DNA of 45,532 nucleotides, taken from the IMG/VR virus record IMGVR_UViG_3300044455_000078, positions 1 through 45,532 of that record. One strand, written 5' to 3'. The notes beneath the pieces are model-generated. The model was not told the origin of the DNA, did no database searches, and saw only the letters and a program-made list of their open reading frames with translations. Shown piece after piece: positions 26,086 through 35,437 of the stretch. A program made the position numbers and the translations under genes. Position 1 is the stretch's first letter. Each line of letters starts with the position of its first letter. Origin of the DNA: a virus. Taxonomy: Duplodnaviria; Caudoviricetes.

Positions 26086-27040
26086 GCAGGAAACTTGGAA
26101 CGTAATTGATCCAAGTAAATTAAGTGTCTATATGTCATGCCCACGTAAGTTTTTTTACGAACATGTATTACAGTGGAGGGAAGACTATACAAATAATCAC
26201 TTACATTTTGGTAGTTGCTGGCACCTTGCAGTAGAACACTTATTAAATAATCAGTATTCAAAGGAGTCAATTGAGGAGGCGTGTTATATCTTCTATAATG
26301 CTTATAGGTTAAAATTAAGTAGTGAATCTGATGGTCAGTTTGCTCCTAAAGATCCAGCTAATGCTATGCAAACCTTAGTTCAATATGCGCAGAGGTTTGC
26401 TAGCGACTCAAGAGACTATGTAGTGTTAGGTACAGAGATAGGTGGAACTGTACTTATTGCACCAGACTCGCCAATGTTCTTCAAGCTTGATGCACTACTA
26501 CAACGTAAGCGTGATAATAAAGTAATTTGTTTGGACCACAAAACGAGTCAGCGAAGAATGGGCAACTGGTTTGAACAGTGGCTACTTAGTACTCAAATGC
26601 TCACCTACTTACACGTGCTGTATTGTTTATTCGGCGAATCAGACGAAGTTGGAGGTATACGTGTAAGGTGTAGCTTCTTTTACAAGTCTAAGCCAAGTGA
26701 GTTTGATGAGGCTATTGTAGAGAAGAGCTTAAGTCAGATGCAATCTTGGCTAACAAGTCAAACTAATTGGTATGACTCACTCCAATACGACATGAAATTC
26801 CTACTAGAATCTGAGACTACAGATTCACAAGCAATGCGTTCATTTCCTATGAATGAAAAAGCGTGCTTCAATTACGGTAGAAAATGTGCGTTCTTTGACT
26901 TCTGCAATGCATGGAGTAATCCATTAACTAGGTGTGAGCAAGTACCACTAGGATTTGTAAGAGAGATTTGGGATCCTAGAACTGATAGCGGTGCTAAACA
27001 GTTTATCGACTTAACTAAAGAGCAAGCAGTAAATGAATGA
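26060..27040 (+). CDS. Cas4-like PD-(D/E)XK exonuclease
   Basis: SCPRK, FGSCWH, KLD...DHKT, QMLTY and C-terminal C..C...C cysteines (Fe-S staple). Confidence 0.85.
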   Translation: MKLLDLLPEQETWNVIDPSKLSVYMSCPRKFFYEHVLQWREDYTNNHLHFGSCWHLAVEHLLNNQYSKESIEEACYIFYNAYRLKLSSESDGQFAPKDPANAMQTLVQYAQRFASDSRDYVVLGTEIGGTVLIAPDSPMFFKLDALLQRKRDNKVICLDHKTSQRRMGNWFEQWLLSTQMLTYLHVLYCLFGESDEVGGIRVRCSFFYKSKPSEFDEAIVEKSLSQMQSWLTSQTNWYDSLQYDMKFLLESETTDSQAMRSFPMNEKACFNYGRKCAFFDFCNAWSNPLTRCEQVPLGFVREIWDPRTDSGAKQFIDLTKEQAVNE

Positions 27041-27113
27041 GGATGATAAAGTAGTAAATTTGAATCGCTGTCTTATGTGCCGCACAATCCTAGAAGATAA
27101 AAATGAGGATTAA

Positions 27114-27914
27114 ATGATGCCACTTGATGCACGTATTGAAGCAAGTCGATTACGCGGCTTATACAAGGAAGACCCAAAGCAGAGCAGTTTTAATCTATTG
27201 CTCATGGGGGAAACTGGTACAGGTAAAACTTTTATTGCACGCACTGCTAGAAAGCCAGTGCATATTGACTCGTGGGACCCAGCTGGCACAGTATGCTTAC
27301 GAGAATATATACTCAAAGGAGATATAGTAGTAGATACAAAGTATGAACAAGAGGACCCAACTAAACCTGCTATGTTTGACGTATGGTGTAAGGATTTTGA
27401 GCAACGCGAGAAAGATAAGTATTTTGAAAGCTTCGGGACTTATATGCTAGACAGTTCCACCATGTTTGCGGAAGCAATCATGAACAAGATTCTCAAGGCT
27501 GCTAATATTCCAGGACAAGCACCAAGATTCACTCATGATTACGTGCCTCAAAAAGTGATGATTCATAACTGGTTCAAAAGAATACTGTCTCTTCCGTGCG
27601 ACGTTATAATTACGGGACACATAGAGCCTATAAAAGATGAAGTACTTGGTTCGGTAGAGTGGAGATTTATGACTACAGGGAAAGGCACTACAATCATTCC
27701 GCTGTTGTTCACTGAGAAGTGGATTGCTCACACCAAGCAAACAGCAAGTGGAGTTGAGTACCAAATACTCACTCAACGAACTGGTAAGTATATAGCAAGT
27801 AGCAGTATTGCTGCAGGTAAGCTCGACACTTTCGAGGTGCCAGACATTAAGAAAATACTAACTAAGTGTGGCTGGGATTCTAAGGATAAGCCTAGCTTGT
27901 TTGAGAGAAAGTAA
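27114..27914 (+). CDS. AAA (AAA_24 / Sak4-like) ATPase
   Basis: GETGTGKT Walker A, YMLDSST Walker B, IITGH; sits between a Cas4-like and an SSB-like gene. Confidence 0.8.
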   Translation: MMPLDARIEASRLRGLYKEDPKQSSFNLLLMGETGTGKTFIARTARKPVHIDSWDPAGTVCLREYILKGDIVVDTKYEQEDPTKPAMFDVWCKDFEQREKDKYFESFGTYMLDSSTMFAEAIMNKILKAANIPGQAPRFTHDYVPQKVMIHNWFKRILSLPCDVIITGHIEPIKDEVLGSVEWRFMTTGKGTTIIPLLFTEKWIAHTKQTASGVEYQILTQRTGKYIASSSIAAGKLDTFEVPDIKKILTKCGWDSKDKPSLFERK

Positions 27915-28069
27915 ATAGATCACGACGAACTGTTTAAGAATCTCGTATCATTGCACCTGAAAATGGATGCTAGGTTAGACGAGATAAGATCAATACTATA
28001 TCGAGTCGCTGACAATCTAGAAGTTATTACTGAGCTATTACAACGTCAGCGGAAAGAGGACTGAAAAAA

Positions 28070-28624
28070 GTGGTAGATTTTAACAAGCCACAAAAACGGC
28101 GTAAACGCAGTGCCAAACCAACTGATACTGATTTCCGTGCAGACTTAGGTGAACCTCAACTCATGAAAGGTCCGCAAGTATCTGAAGAACCAAAACCAAG
28201 TGTAATTAACAGGAGCAGCAAGATGCCTATTATAGATTTCACTGAATATGATCTCGACAATTTACCAGAGTTAAAGATCCTACCTGCGGGTACTGAGGCA
28301 AAGTTACGTATACTCGAAGTGAGTGTTAAACCGGATCGTAATAGCGACAACATGCTACAAGTGCGGCTTGACGTTGCTGATGAGCCACTGGTGAAAGAAG
28401 TATATTGGCAGTGTCACTTTCCTAGTGGCAGCATGACTGAAAAGCGAGGGATTATGCTCAAGCGTTTTCTCGCTGAATTCTGTGAGGCATTTGATATAGA
28501 TAAAACTGCATCTAATGACACCAGTGAATGGCTTGGACGTGAGGGCTGGGCTATATTAGGCGTAAGGAGTGATGCAAAGTACGGTGACAGTAATGAGGTA
28601 AATAGGTTCCTAAAGCAACAGTAA
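28070..28624 (+). CDS. Putative ssDNA-binding protein (DUF669-like); true start may be the internal MPIIDF ATG after AGGAG
   Basis: LPAGTEAKLRILEV...YGDSNEVNRF; synteny with the Sak4-like ATPase. Confidence 0.65.
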   Translation: MVDFNKPQKRRKRSAKPTDTDFRADLGEPQLMKGPQVSEEPKPSVINRSSKMPIIDFTEYDLDNLPELKILPAGTEAKLRILEVSVKPDRNSDNMLQVRLDVADEPLVKEVYWQCHFPSGSMTEKRGIMLKRFLAEFCEAFDIDKTASNDTSEWLGREGWAILGVRSDAKYGDSNEVNRFLKQQ

Positions 28625-28954
28625 TTTGCGCGTCGTGGAATACAGCTAAGGTAACTCCTGAAAAGCAAGAACTCCTACTTGCCTGCTGTATTCCACTAGC
28701 TTCTACACACACGAACAAAAAGGAGTAATTAATTGGCACTCATCGAAGCAGGTTCTGCTGAAGCTATTGCTTCTTATGACAACTCTCTAAATGAGATTCG
28801 GCAAGAAGTAAGAGAATTACGTAATGATATGCAACTAATGAAAAGCATCATTGAAAATCACGTATTATTAGAGGAATAATGATTACTCTCATATACTCCT
28901 TCGGCTTTGGTATCTTATGGCGCGTGTGGTAATGCACTGGAGTAGGAACATGCT

Positions 28955-29194
28955 ATGAACAAGCCCTACACACATAGGATTACATTTGAAGTAACAGATG
29001 AGCAATACAACAAACTGAAGTTGCACCTTGAGCATGGTATGCTTAAAAGAGTGTTCTCAGTAATAGTAGATGATGCCATACTAATGCTAGATGAGTTTGG
29101 TCAATACTTTGTACTCGCCATGCTAAGTCGTGAGGTGAGTTATAGACGGATGGTAGAAGACTACACTAGGAGTACTGATGGAGGAGACAAATAA
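28955..29194 (+). CDS. Putative ribbon-helix-helix regulator
   Basis: HRITFEVTDEQYNKLK beta-strand/helix pattern. Confidence 0.55.
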   Translation: MNKPYTHRITFEVTDEQYNKLKLHLEHGMLKRVFSVIVDDAILMLDEFGQYFVLAMLSREVSYRRMVEDYTRSTDGGDK

Positions 29195-29312
29195 TGAAAC
29201 TAATGAAACTAACGAACTTGCTGAGTCCATTGAATTTAGCGAGCAACAGGAGAATGATATACTTGAATTTTTGGCTAAATGGCTTGAAGCACAAAAGAAA
29301 TGCAGTGGTTAG
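29178..29312 (+). CDS. Small acidic protein (44 aa)
   Basis: MEETNNETNETNELAESIEFSEQQENDILEFLAKWLEAQKKCSG after AGGAG; stop codon lies in the palindrome. Confidence 0.5.
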   Translation: MEETNNETNETNELAESIEFSEQQENDILEFLAKWLEAQKKCSG

Positions 29313-29322
29313 ATTTTAACCA

Positions 29323-29590
29323 AAGGAATTATTTGTACTCAGTACATTTCACGGCCCAGATGGTTAGTGATTCTACTATCACTGTTCTTTGCGGTGCTAA
29401 ATGGCCAGATGTTTCCTTGGTTAGCAATCTGGAAGAATCTGCATAAGCGGAGTCGTACTCATAGTCATAGCTTGAGGTTATACAGTAGGTTATATCAGCA
29501 ATCCTGCGCTGATTCTCTTGAGTAGCCGGCAGAGCTGAAATGGTTACGGCGTCCCGAAGGTGACGCCATCTTGGTGACGCGAAGCGCTCT
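29323..29590 (+). ncRNA. Conserved structured element, copy B
   Basis: Same blocks as copies A and C; hairpins CCAGAT/ATCTGG, ATCAGC/GCTGAT and GGCGTC/GACGCC. Confidence 0.65.
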
Positions 29591-29617
29591 AATTAATTTT
29601 AGTTAAGGAGATTAGCT

Positions 29618-29845
29618 ATTGCAACGCTTGATGATTTAGCTATTACACAACTATCTAAACTCTCGCCTGAAGAAGGTATGAAGCTCATACTAGAAATGAG
29701 ACTTCGTAGATGCATGCTACCTGAAAAGACTGCTCATGAAAAGCCTGTTAAATCTCGCAAAGAGATTCCTGCTGAATCTACTATAGAATCACTGAGCGAG
29801 ACTCAACTCGCTGATTTGTACTATACTTTAATGGCCAAGCGTTAA
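29618..29845 (+). CDS. 75-aa protein with probable ATT start
   Basis: TAAGGAG lies 7 nt before ATT; reads (M)ATLDDLAITQLSKLSPEEG...LMAKR. Confidence 0.6.
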   Translation: MATLDDLAITQLSKLSPEEGMKLILEMRLRRCMLPEKTAHEKPVKSRKEIPAESTIESLSETQLADLYYTLMAKR

Positions 29846-29860
29846 GAGGAGCTTCTTTAA

Positions 29861-31207
29861 ATGCCTACAATTAATTTAGGGCTTTTGCGAGTCGTACCAA
29901 TGGAGCACATTTATGCATCTATGGAAACACGTGGCCGTCAAAGCTATGGCGTTTTACAGGATTTAATGACCTCAATTGAAAAGTACGGATTAATTCATCC
30001 TATTGCTGTGTACTCACCAACAGGTGAGCAACCATATAAGCTCGTCGCTGGTGGTAGACGTTATATGGCTTGCACAATGCTTCAGTGGACAGAGATCAGC
30101 TGCCGCATATATGATAAGCCTATGACTGATCTAGAACTTGCAGCCGTGGAATTGTTCGAGAATCTTGATAGGCTTAATTTGAACTATGATGAAGAAGTGA
30201 AGATGAAAGAGCGTCTCCATTTAACGCTTGTACAAATCCACGGTGAGAAAATAGCACGTAGTGCAGATGCTCCTGGACATTCTATTAGAGACACGGCACG
30301 AACATTAGGAGTAAGTCATGCTACTGTGATTCAGGATATGAAACTCGCAGAAGCTATGCGTGTCCTACCTGAACTTGAATTAGATAAGGAGAAAAATAAA
30401 TCAGCGGCAATGAAGAAACTTGCACGATTCGCTAATGTAATGACGAATAAAGTTGCTGTTGCAGAAGCTCGTAAGGATGCCGTGCTTTCTGGTCGCATGA
30501 CAAGTCCTGATGATCCACTCAGTGCATATATAGTAGGAAATTTCTTCGACAATAAACTAGAGCCTGGCCAGTTTGGATTTATAGAATGTGATCCACCGTA
30601 TGGAATTGATCTACAGGATAATAGAGAAGATAATGATAACCAAAGTCTGAAGTATGATTATACGGAAATATCAAACGTGGATTATTTAGCATTCCTTAAT
30701 CGCCTAACCGATGAGTGTTATCGACTTGCTGCAGATAACAGTTATATAATCATCTGGTGTGGACCGGAACATGTTGCACGTGTAATGAGCTCTATGCAAC
30801 GTGCGAAGTTTGAAACGAATAAGATTCCTGCTATTTGGAAGAAGGGACTTGCTGTAGGCCAATCTATGGGTATGAATACTAACTTAGGTAATTCCTATGA
30901 GATGTTCGTGTATGGAAGAAAAGGAAGTGCACAGTTACGTAAACAAGGCCGCTCGAATGTATTCGACTTCAGTGGAGTTCCTTCATCACAACGTATTCAT
31001 CCAACTGAAAGGCCATCAGCACTAATGCAAGAGATATTAAATACTTTTGTTTGGCCAAACTCAAATATACTCGTGCCATTTGCTGGAAGTGGAGTAACAT
31101 TGATTAGTGCATTTGAGCTTGGTCACAAGTGTGTTGGATTTGACTTAAGTCAGAACTTTCATGATGCGTACATAAATAGACTTATTCAGGAGGTTGCTGC
31201 TAAATGA
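29861..31207 (+). CDS. ParB-like domain + HTH + N6A/N4C DNA methyltransferase fusion
   Basis: SIEKYGLIHPI...LVAGGRR...ENLDR (ParB); SIRDTARTLGVSHATV (HTH); DPPY, HPTERP and PFAGSG (amino-MTase, beta order). Confidence 0.88.
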   Translation: MPTINLGLLRVVPMEHIYASMETRGRQSYGVLQDLMTSIEKYGLIHPIAVYSPTGEQPYKLVAGGRRYMACTMLQWTEISCRIYDKPMTDLELAAVELFENLDRLNLNYDEEVKMKERLHLTLVQIHGEKIARSADAPGHSIRDTARTLGVSHATVIQDMKLAEAMRVLPELELDKEKNKSAAMKKLARFANVMTNKVAVAEARKDAVLSGRMTSPDDPLSAYIVGNFFDNKLEPGQFGFIECDPPYGIDLQDNREDNDNQSLKYDYTEISNVDYLAFLNRLTDECYRLAADNSYIIIWCGPEHVARVMSSMQRAKFETNKIPAIWKKGLAVGQSMGMNTNLGNSYEMFVYGRKGSAQLRKQGRSNVFDFSGVPSSQRIHPTERPSALMQEILNTFVWPNSNILVPFAGSGVTLISAFELGHKCVGFDLSQNFHDAYINRLIQEVAAK

Positions 31208-31446
31208 TACGAGCACGTGCAGGTAACATATACATCTTCGGTTTGGCTAAGGAAAATATCAAGCGGCTAACTGAAGGTAATCCAATAATAGCTAGACTTA
31301 ATGAGTATGAATTAAACGAACCTGCTATAAGTATAATGATTTGCTATAGTGAAACTGAGGAGAAATTAGCATTTGAATTACAGGAGCTGATGAATGAGGA
31401 TACAAAAATAACTGATTATCGCACGAATCAAAGGAGAAGGAAATGA
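31204..31446 (+). CDS. Hypothetical protein
   Basis: 80 aa, coupled to neighbours by overlaps. Confidence 0.65.
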   Translation: MIRARAGNIYIFGLAKENIKRLTEGNPIIARLNEYELNEPAISIMICYSETEEKLAFELQELMNEDTKITDYRTNQRRRK

Positions 31447-33926
31447 CTCAATTAGTAGGGCCTGATGGACTGCTTAGTTCCAAGATCGCCTTAGTAGGAG
31501 AGCAGCCCGCAAAATACGAAGTAAAATACAATGCCCCTTTTATGGGTCCTGCAGGTAGAAACTTAAATGAATGCCTACAGAATGCACGCATCGCACGTAG
31601 TGCATGTTACCTCACAAATGTAGTGAAGGATGTTGAGTTCGAGTTAGATCGCTACTTTCAATTGAAAGGAAAGAAAGCAGGCGTAACAGTACTTGGCCAA
31701 AAGTATATAGAGGTGCTTAGAAATGAGCTTATGGAAAGTAAAGCTAACGTTATTGTTGCTCTTGGGAACACTGCTCTGTTTGCTCTTACAGATAGAGTTG
31801 GCATTACTGCATGGCGTGGTAGTGTTCTTGAATCTACTCTCTTACCAGGCAGAAAGATTATCCCTACTTTACACCCGGCAATTTACACTGATGAAAAGGT
31901 ACTCGCAAATCCTGCTGCGTATCTCGCGAAGTATTTAATTACTATAGACTTGAAGAAAATTAAAGCTGAGTCTGAGTTTCCTGATATTCGACTTAGTGAT
32001 CGCAAATTACGCATCCAACCAGATTACTACGATTGTATGAGTTGGTTAGAAGAGTGTAAGATGCGAGCTGATGATGGAGCTATCATCTATTACGATATCG
32101 AATTAACTCCAAAGACACAAGAGCTCAGTTGTATAAGCTTCGCCACTTCACCAAGTGAAGTTCTGTGTATTCCATTCGTGAATGCAAAAGGTGATTATTT
32201 TACTGTAGAACAAGAGTATAAGATAATGCTCAGCATTGAGGACTTGTTATCTAATAGTCAATGGATGAAAGGAGGGCAAAATATAGTATTTGATTCACAC
32301 TTCTTACTAAGAAAGTACGGTATAAGAACACGTAATATTGTTGCGGATACGATGATTGCGCAGCATATACTCTACCCAGACTTCGGAGGTAAAACGTACC
32401 GTGGAAAATCGCTAGAATTTATTACGTCTTTTTGGACTGATATACCTTACTATAAACGAGACGGAAAGTTATGGCTCACAGGTATTGGTGATTACTCCAA
32501 GGGATGGAACTACAACTGCCTCGACAGTATAGTGTGTGCTGATTCATTTCCTAAACAACTCACTGAGCTGGAAGAGCGTGGCAATTTCGATGCATATGAG
32601 CGGCAAGTAAAATTAGTGGCACCTTTGTGCTATATGATGGAGCGAGGTATTCGCATAGATAAAGAAGGAATGGAACATGCTGCGAAAAATGCTCGGCTTG
32701 AAGCGGATGAGTTAACGCAGCAAGTGTACTCATTGACTCAAAGAGTCTTTAATCTAGCCTCGCCGCAACAAGTGTGCGAATACTTTTATGTCAATAGAGG
32801 TATTACGCCGTATTTGAATAAGCAAGGCAAATCTACTGTAGATGAGGAAGCATTAACACGAATAGCAAATAAGGGTTTCAAAGAAGCTAGTTTAATACTT
32901 GAGATTCGTCGCCTTCAAAAGAAGTCATCAACATTTCTCAACATCAATAACGTAGATAATGATGGTAGGATGAGATGCTCATATAATCCAGTAGGCACGA
33001 GATTCTCACGCATCTCAAGTAGTGCTAATATCTTTGGTACAGGTTGTAACTTACAAAATATACCTCATGATGTGTTGAGCTATTTTGTGGCCGATCCTGG
33101 ATACGTTATTTACTCGCTTGATATGTCGCAGATTGAATCACGGATTGTTGCATACGTAGGTAATATTACGCAAATGAAAGAAGTATATGAACAAGGACTT
33201 GACATTCACCGACAGACGGGATCACTTATTTTCAACAAGCATTATAACGAAGTTAGTAATGAGCCAGGATCGTGCGCAATTGGAAATGGAAGTCATAGTG
33301 AACGCGATTGGGCCAAGCGAGCAAATCACGGCTTCAATTACGGGTACGGATATAAAGCATTTAGTCTCAAGTATGAAATCCCTGAACGACAAGCTAAATT
33401 CATCTACGATGGCTATCACTCGGCTTATCCAGGACTTAAAGGAGGTTACTGGGCTTATGTTGAGCAGTCACTTAAAGCTACACGAACACTAACTAATCTC
33501 TACGGTAGAAAGGTTACGTTTCTAGGTAAGTTTGGTGAAAAGCTACTCAACGAAGCTTATTCATGTATACCTCAAGGAACGTGTGGTGACCTGGTAAATG
33601 AGCATGGATTAAATTACGTATATTATAACAGCGATCAATTATTTAAGTATGTTGAGCTTCTAACTCAAGTACATGATAGCATAAACTTCCAAATTCCGTT
33701 GTCATTGCCGCTAATATACCACGCAGGCATTTTGCTAGATATAAAACGATCACTGGAACAGCCACTGACATTTAGGCAGCGAGAATTTGTAGTGCCAGTA
33801 GACCTAGTTGTAAATACTTGCCTCAATAAGAATTTAGGTATTGAGTTGAAAGGAAATAAATTTAGTGATGATCCGAGTACGCTTGAAGCATATTTACAAG
33901 ATGCAATTTTAACCTTAGGACTATAG
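31443..33926 (+). CDS. polA: Family A DNA polymerase with N-terminal uracil-DNA-glycosylase-like and 3'-5' exonuclease domains
   Basis: UDG4-like GEQP...PFMGPAG, TNVVK, TLHPA; Exo DIE, NIVFD, YNCLD; Pol DMSQIESR, RDWAKRANHGFNYG, QVHDSI. Confidence 0.93.
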   Translation: MTQLVGPDGLLSSKIALVGEQPAKYEVKYNAPFMGPAGRNLNECLQNARIARSACYLTNVVKDVEFELDRYFQLKGKKAGVTVLGQKYIEVLRNELMESKANVIVALGNTALFALTDRVGITAWRGSVLESTLLPGRKIIPTLHPAIYTDEKVLANPAAYLAKYLITIDLKKIKAESEFPDIRLSDRKLRIQPDYYDCMSWLEECKMRADDGAIIYYDIELTPKTQELSCISFATSPSEVLCIPFVNAKGDYFTVEQEYKIMLSIEDLLSNSQWMKGGQNIVFDSHFLLRKYGIRTRNIVADTMIAQHILYPDFGGKTYRGKSLEFITSFWTDIPYYKRDGKLWLTGIGDYSKGWNYNCLDSIVCADSFPKQLTELEERGNFDAYERQVKLVAPLCYMMERGIRIDKEGMEHAAKNARLEADELTQQVYSLTQRVFNLASPQQVCEYFYVNRGITPYLNKQGKSTVDEEALTRIANKGFKEASLILEIRRLQKKSSTFLNINNVDNDGRMRCSYNPVGTRFSRISSSANIFGTGCNLQNIPHDVLSYFVADPGYVIYSLDMSQIESRIVAYVGNITQMKEVYEQGLDIHRQTGSLIFNKHYNEVSNEPGSCAIGNGSHSERDWAKRANHGFNYGYGYKAFSLKYEIPERQAKFIYDGYHSAYPGLKGGYWAYVEQSLKATRTLTNLYGRKVTFLGKFGEKLLNEAYSCIPQGTCGDLVNEHGLNYVYYNSDQLFKYVELLTQVHDSINFQIPLSLPLIYHAGILLDIKRSLEQPLTFRQREFVVPVDLVVNTCLNKNLGIELKGNKFSDDPSTLEAYLQDAILTLGL

Positions 33927-33928
33927 CT

Positions 33929-34198
33929 ATGCAAACTGAAGAAGGTTTTCAGCTGGTTCCAGAAAGTAAGTGTCCAACTTGTAACTACACACTAAATGCG
34001 GTAGCAGAAAGAGGAGCGCCTGTATCATCTATGCCACAAGAAGATGATATAACTATGTGTATAGAGTGTTATACACCGCTATTATTTAATAAGGACTTAA
34101 GTATACGGTTATTAAATGAGGAAGAAAAAATAGCATTAAGTAATCTAATTAATGAAATGACTAATAATTTAGTTTTCATGAAAAGAGATCATAAATGA
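33929..34198 (+). CDS. Zinc-ribbon protein
   Basis: CPTC...CIEC. Confidence 0.7.
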   Translation: MQTEEGFQLVPESKCPTCNYTLNAVAERGAPVSSMPQEDDITMCIECYTPLLFNKDLSIRLLNEEEKIALSNLINEMTNNLVFMKRDHK

Positions 34199-35391
34199 GC
34201 AGAAATTTAAGTGATTGGTTAGATGCGTATATGCTATTTACTGAAGAAACAGAACCATGCGAGCTGTATAGGCAATGGGTAGGAGTTAGTGTTATTGCTG
34301 CAGCTCTACAGCGTAAATGCTACTTACATTGGGGCTCACAAGTTTGGTATCCAAATCTCTATATTGTACTAACGGGTCCTCCAGGAGAGCCTCGTAAAGG
34401 TACTGCAATGGCTTCTGGTTATAGTGTATTACGGCCACTCAATCTCAAACTGTCTGCCGACAGACTCACACCTGAGCACTTTATTAAAGAGTTAAGTTCT
34501 TGCCTTATAACAACTCAGTTTGATGCTGGTAAGTTTATGAATCACTGTTCATTAACGGTATTCAGTAAGGAATTAACAGTATTTATTGGGTATAGGAATT
34601 CACAATTTCTTGCAGATTTAACTGATTTGTATGACTGTGCAGATACGTGGTCATATAGAACTAAAGGAAGTGGGCAATTTGAAGTAACAGGTGCATGGCT
34701 AAATATGCTTGCTGCAACTACACCGGAGCAAATACAAGCAGCACTTCCTCCTGAAGCAATAGGTGGTGGATTTGCTAGTAGGGTACTATTTATATATGCG
34801 GAAAAAAGAGGTAAAACTGTTCCAGTTCCAATTGAGAACGTTGAATTAAAGCAGAAATTGATAGCGGATTTAGAAGAGATTTCGTTACTGGCTGGACCAT
34901 TTGGGGCTACGAATGAGTACATAGCCACACGTACCGAATGGTACGTAAGTCAATCGCAAGAGAATCAAGTAATCCAAGATGCTAGATTTGCAGCGTACTA
35001 TAGTAGGAAAGCAAGTACAGCAACTAAACTTAGTATGATATTGAGTGCGTCGCGCAGTGATGAAATGAAACTACGAGAAGTAGACTTTATACGAGCAGTT
35101 GAGATGCTTGACGAGGCTGAGATTCCTATGATGCGAGCACTAAGTGGAGTAGGTAAATCTGATTATGCTGAAATTCTGCCTCAAGTTATGGAGGAGATTC
35201 TAAGGCATAAAGAAGTTACTATGCGATACCTAATGAATAAGTTCTCACATGATACGACACAATTTCACCTCACAAAAATGATAGAAACTCTAGAGCTAAT
35301 GGGAGTACTTTCTTATGCACCACTAACAAGAAAGGTACATGTGAATCCTGATTTCGGTAAGAGCCAACAACAGAACGATCAGGTAAACTAA
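34195..35391 (+). CDS. DUF3987-like P-loop replication protein (putative helicase)
   Basis: NLYIVLTGPPGEPRKGTA, LTDLYDC, LNMLAATTP and GGFASRVLF motifs. Confidence 0.75.
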   Translation: MSRNLSDWLDAYMLFTEETEPCELYRQWVGVSVIAAALQRKCYLHWGSQVWYPNLYIVLTGPPGEPRKGTAMASGYSVLRPLNLKLSADRLTPEHFIKELSSCLITTQFDAGKFMNHCSLTVFSKELTVFIGYRNSQFLADLTDLYDCADTWSYRTKGSGQFEVTGAWLNMLAATTPEQIQAALPPEAIGGGFASRVLFIYAEKRGKTVPVPIENVELKQKLIADLEEISLLAGPFGATNEYIATRTEWYVSQSQENQVIQDARFAAYYSRKASTATKLSMILSASRSDEMKLREVDFIRAVEMLDEAEIPMMRALSGVGKSDYAEILPQVMEEILRHKEVTMRYLMNKFSHDTTQFHLTKMIETLELMGVLSYAPLTRKVHVNPDFGKSQQQNDQVN

Positions 35392-35437
35392 TGGAATAAG
35401 TAGCATTTTCTACGGTTAAAATTTAACCAAAGGAGAA

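Noticed and set aside
26060-27040. CRISPR-Cas system
   Set aside because: Solo Cas4-like nuclease in a standard phage recombination module; no other cas genes or array.
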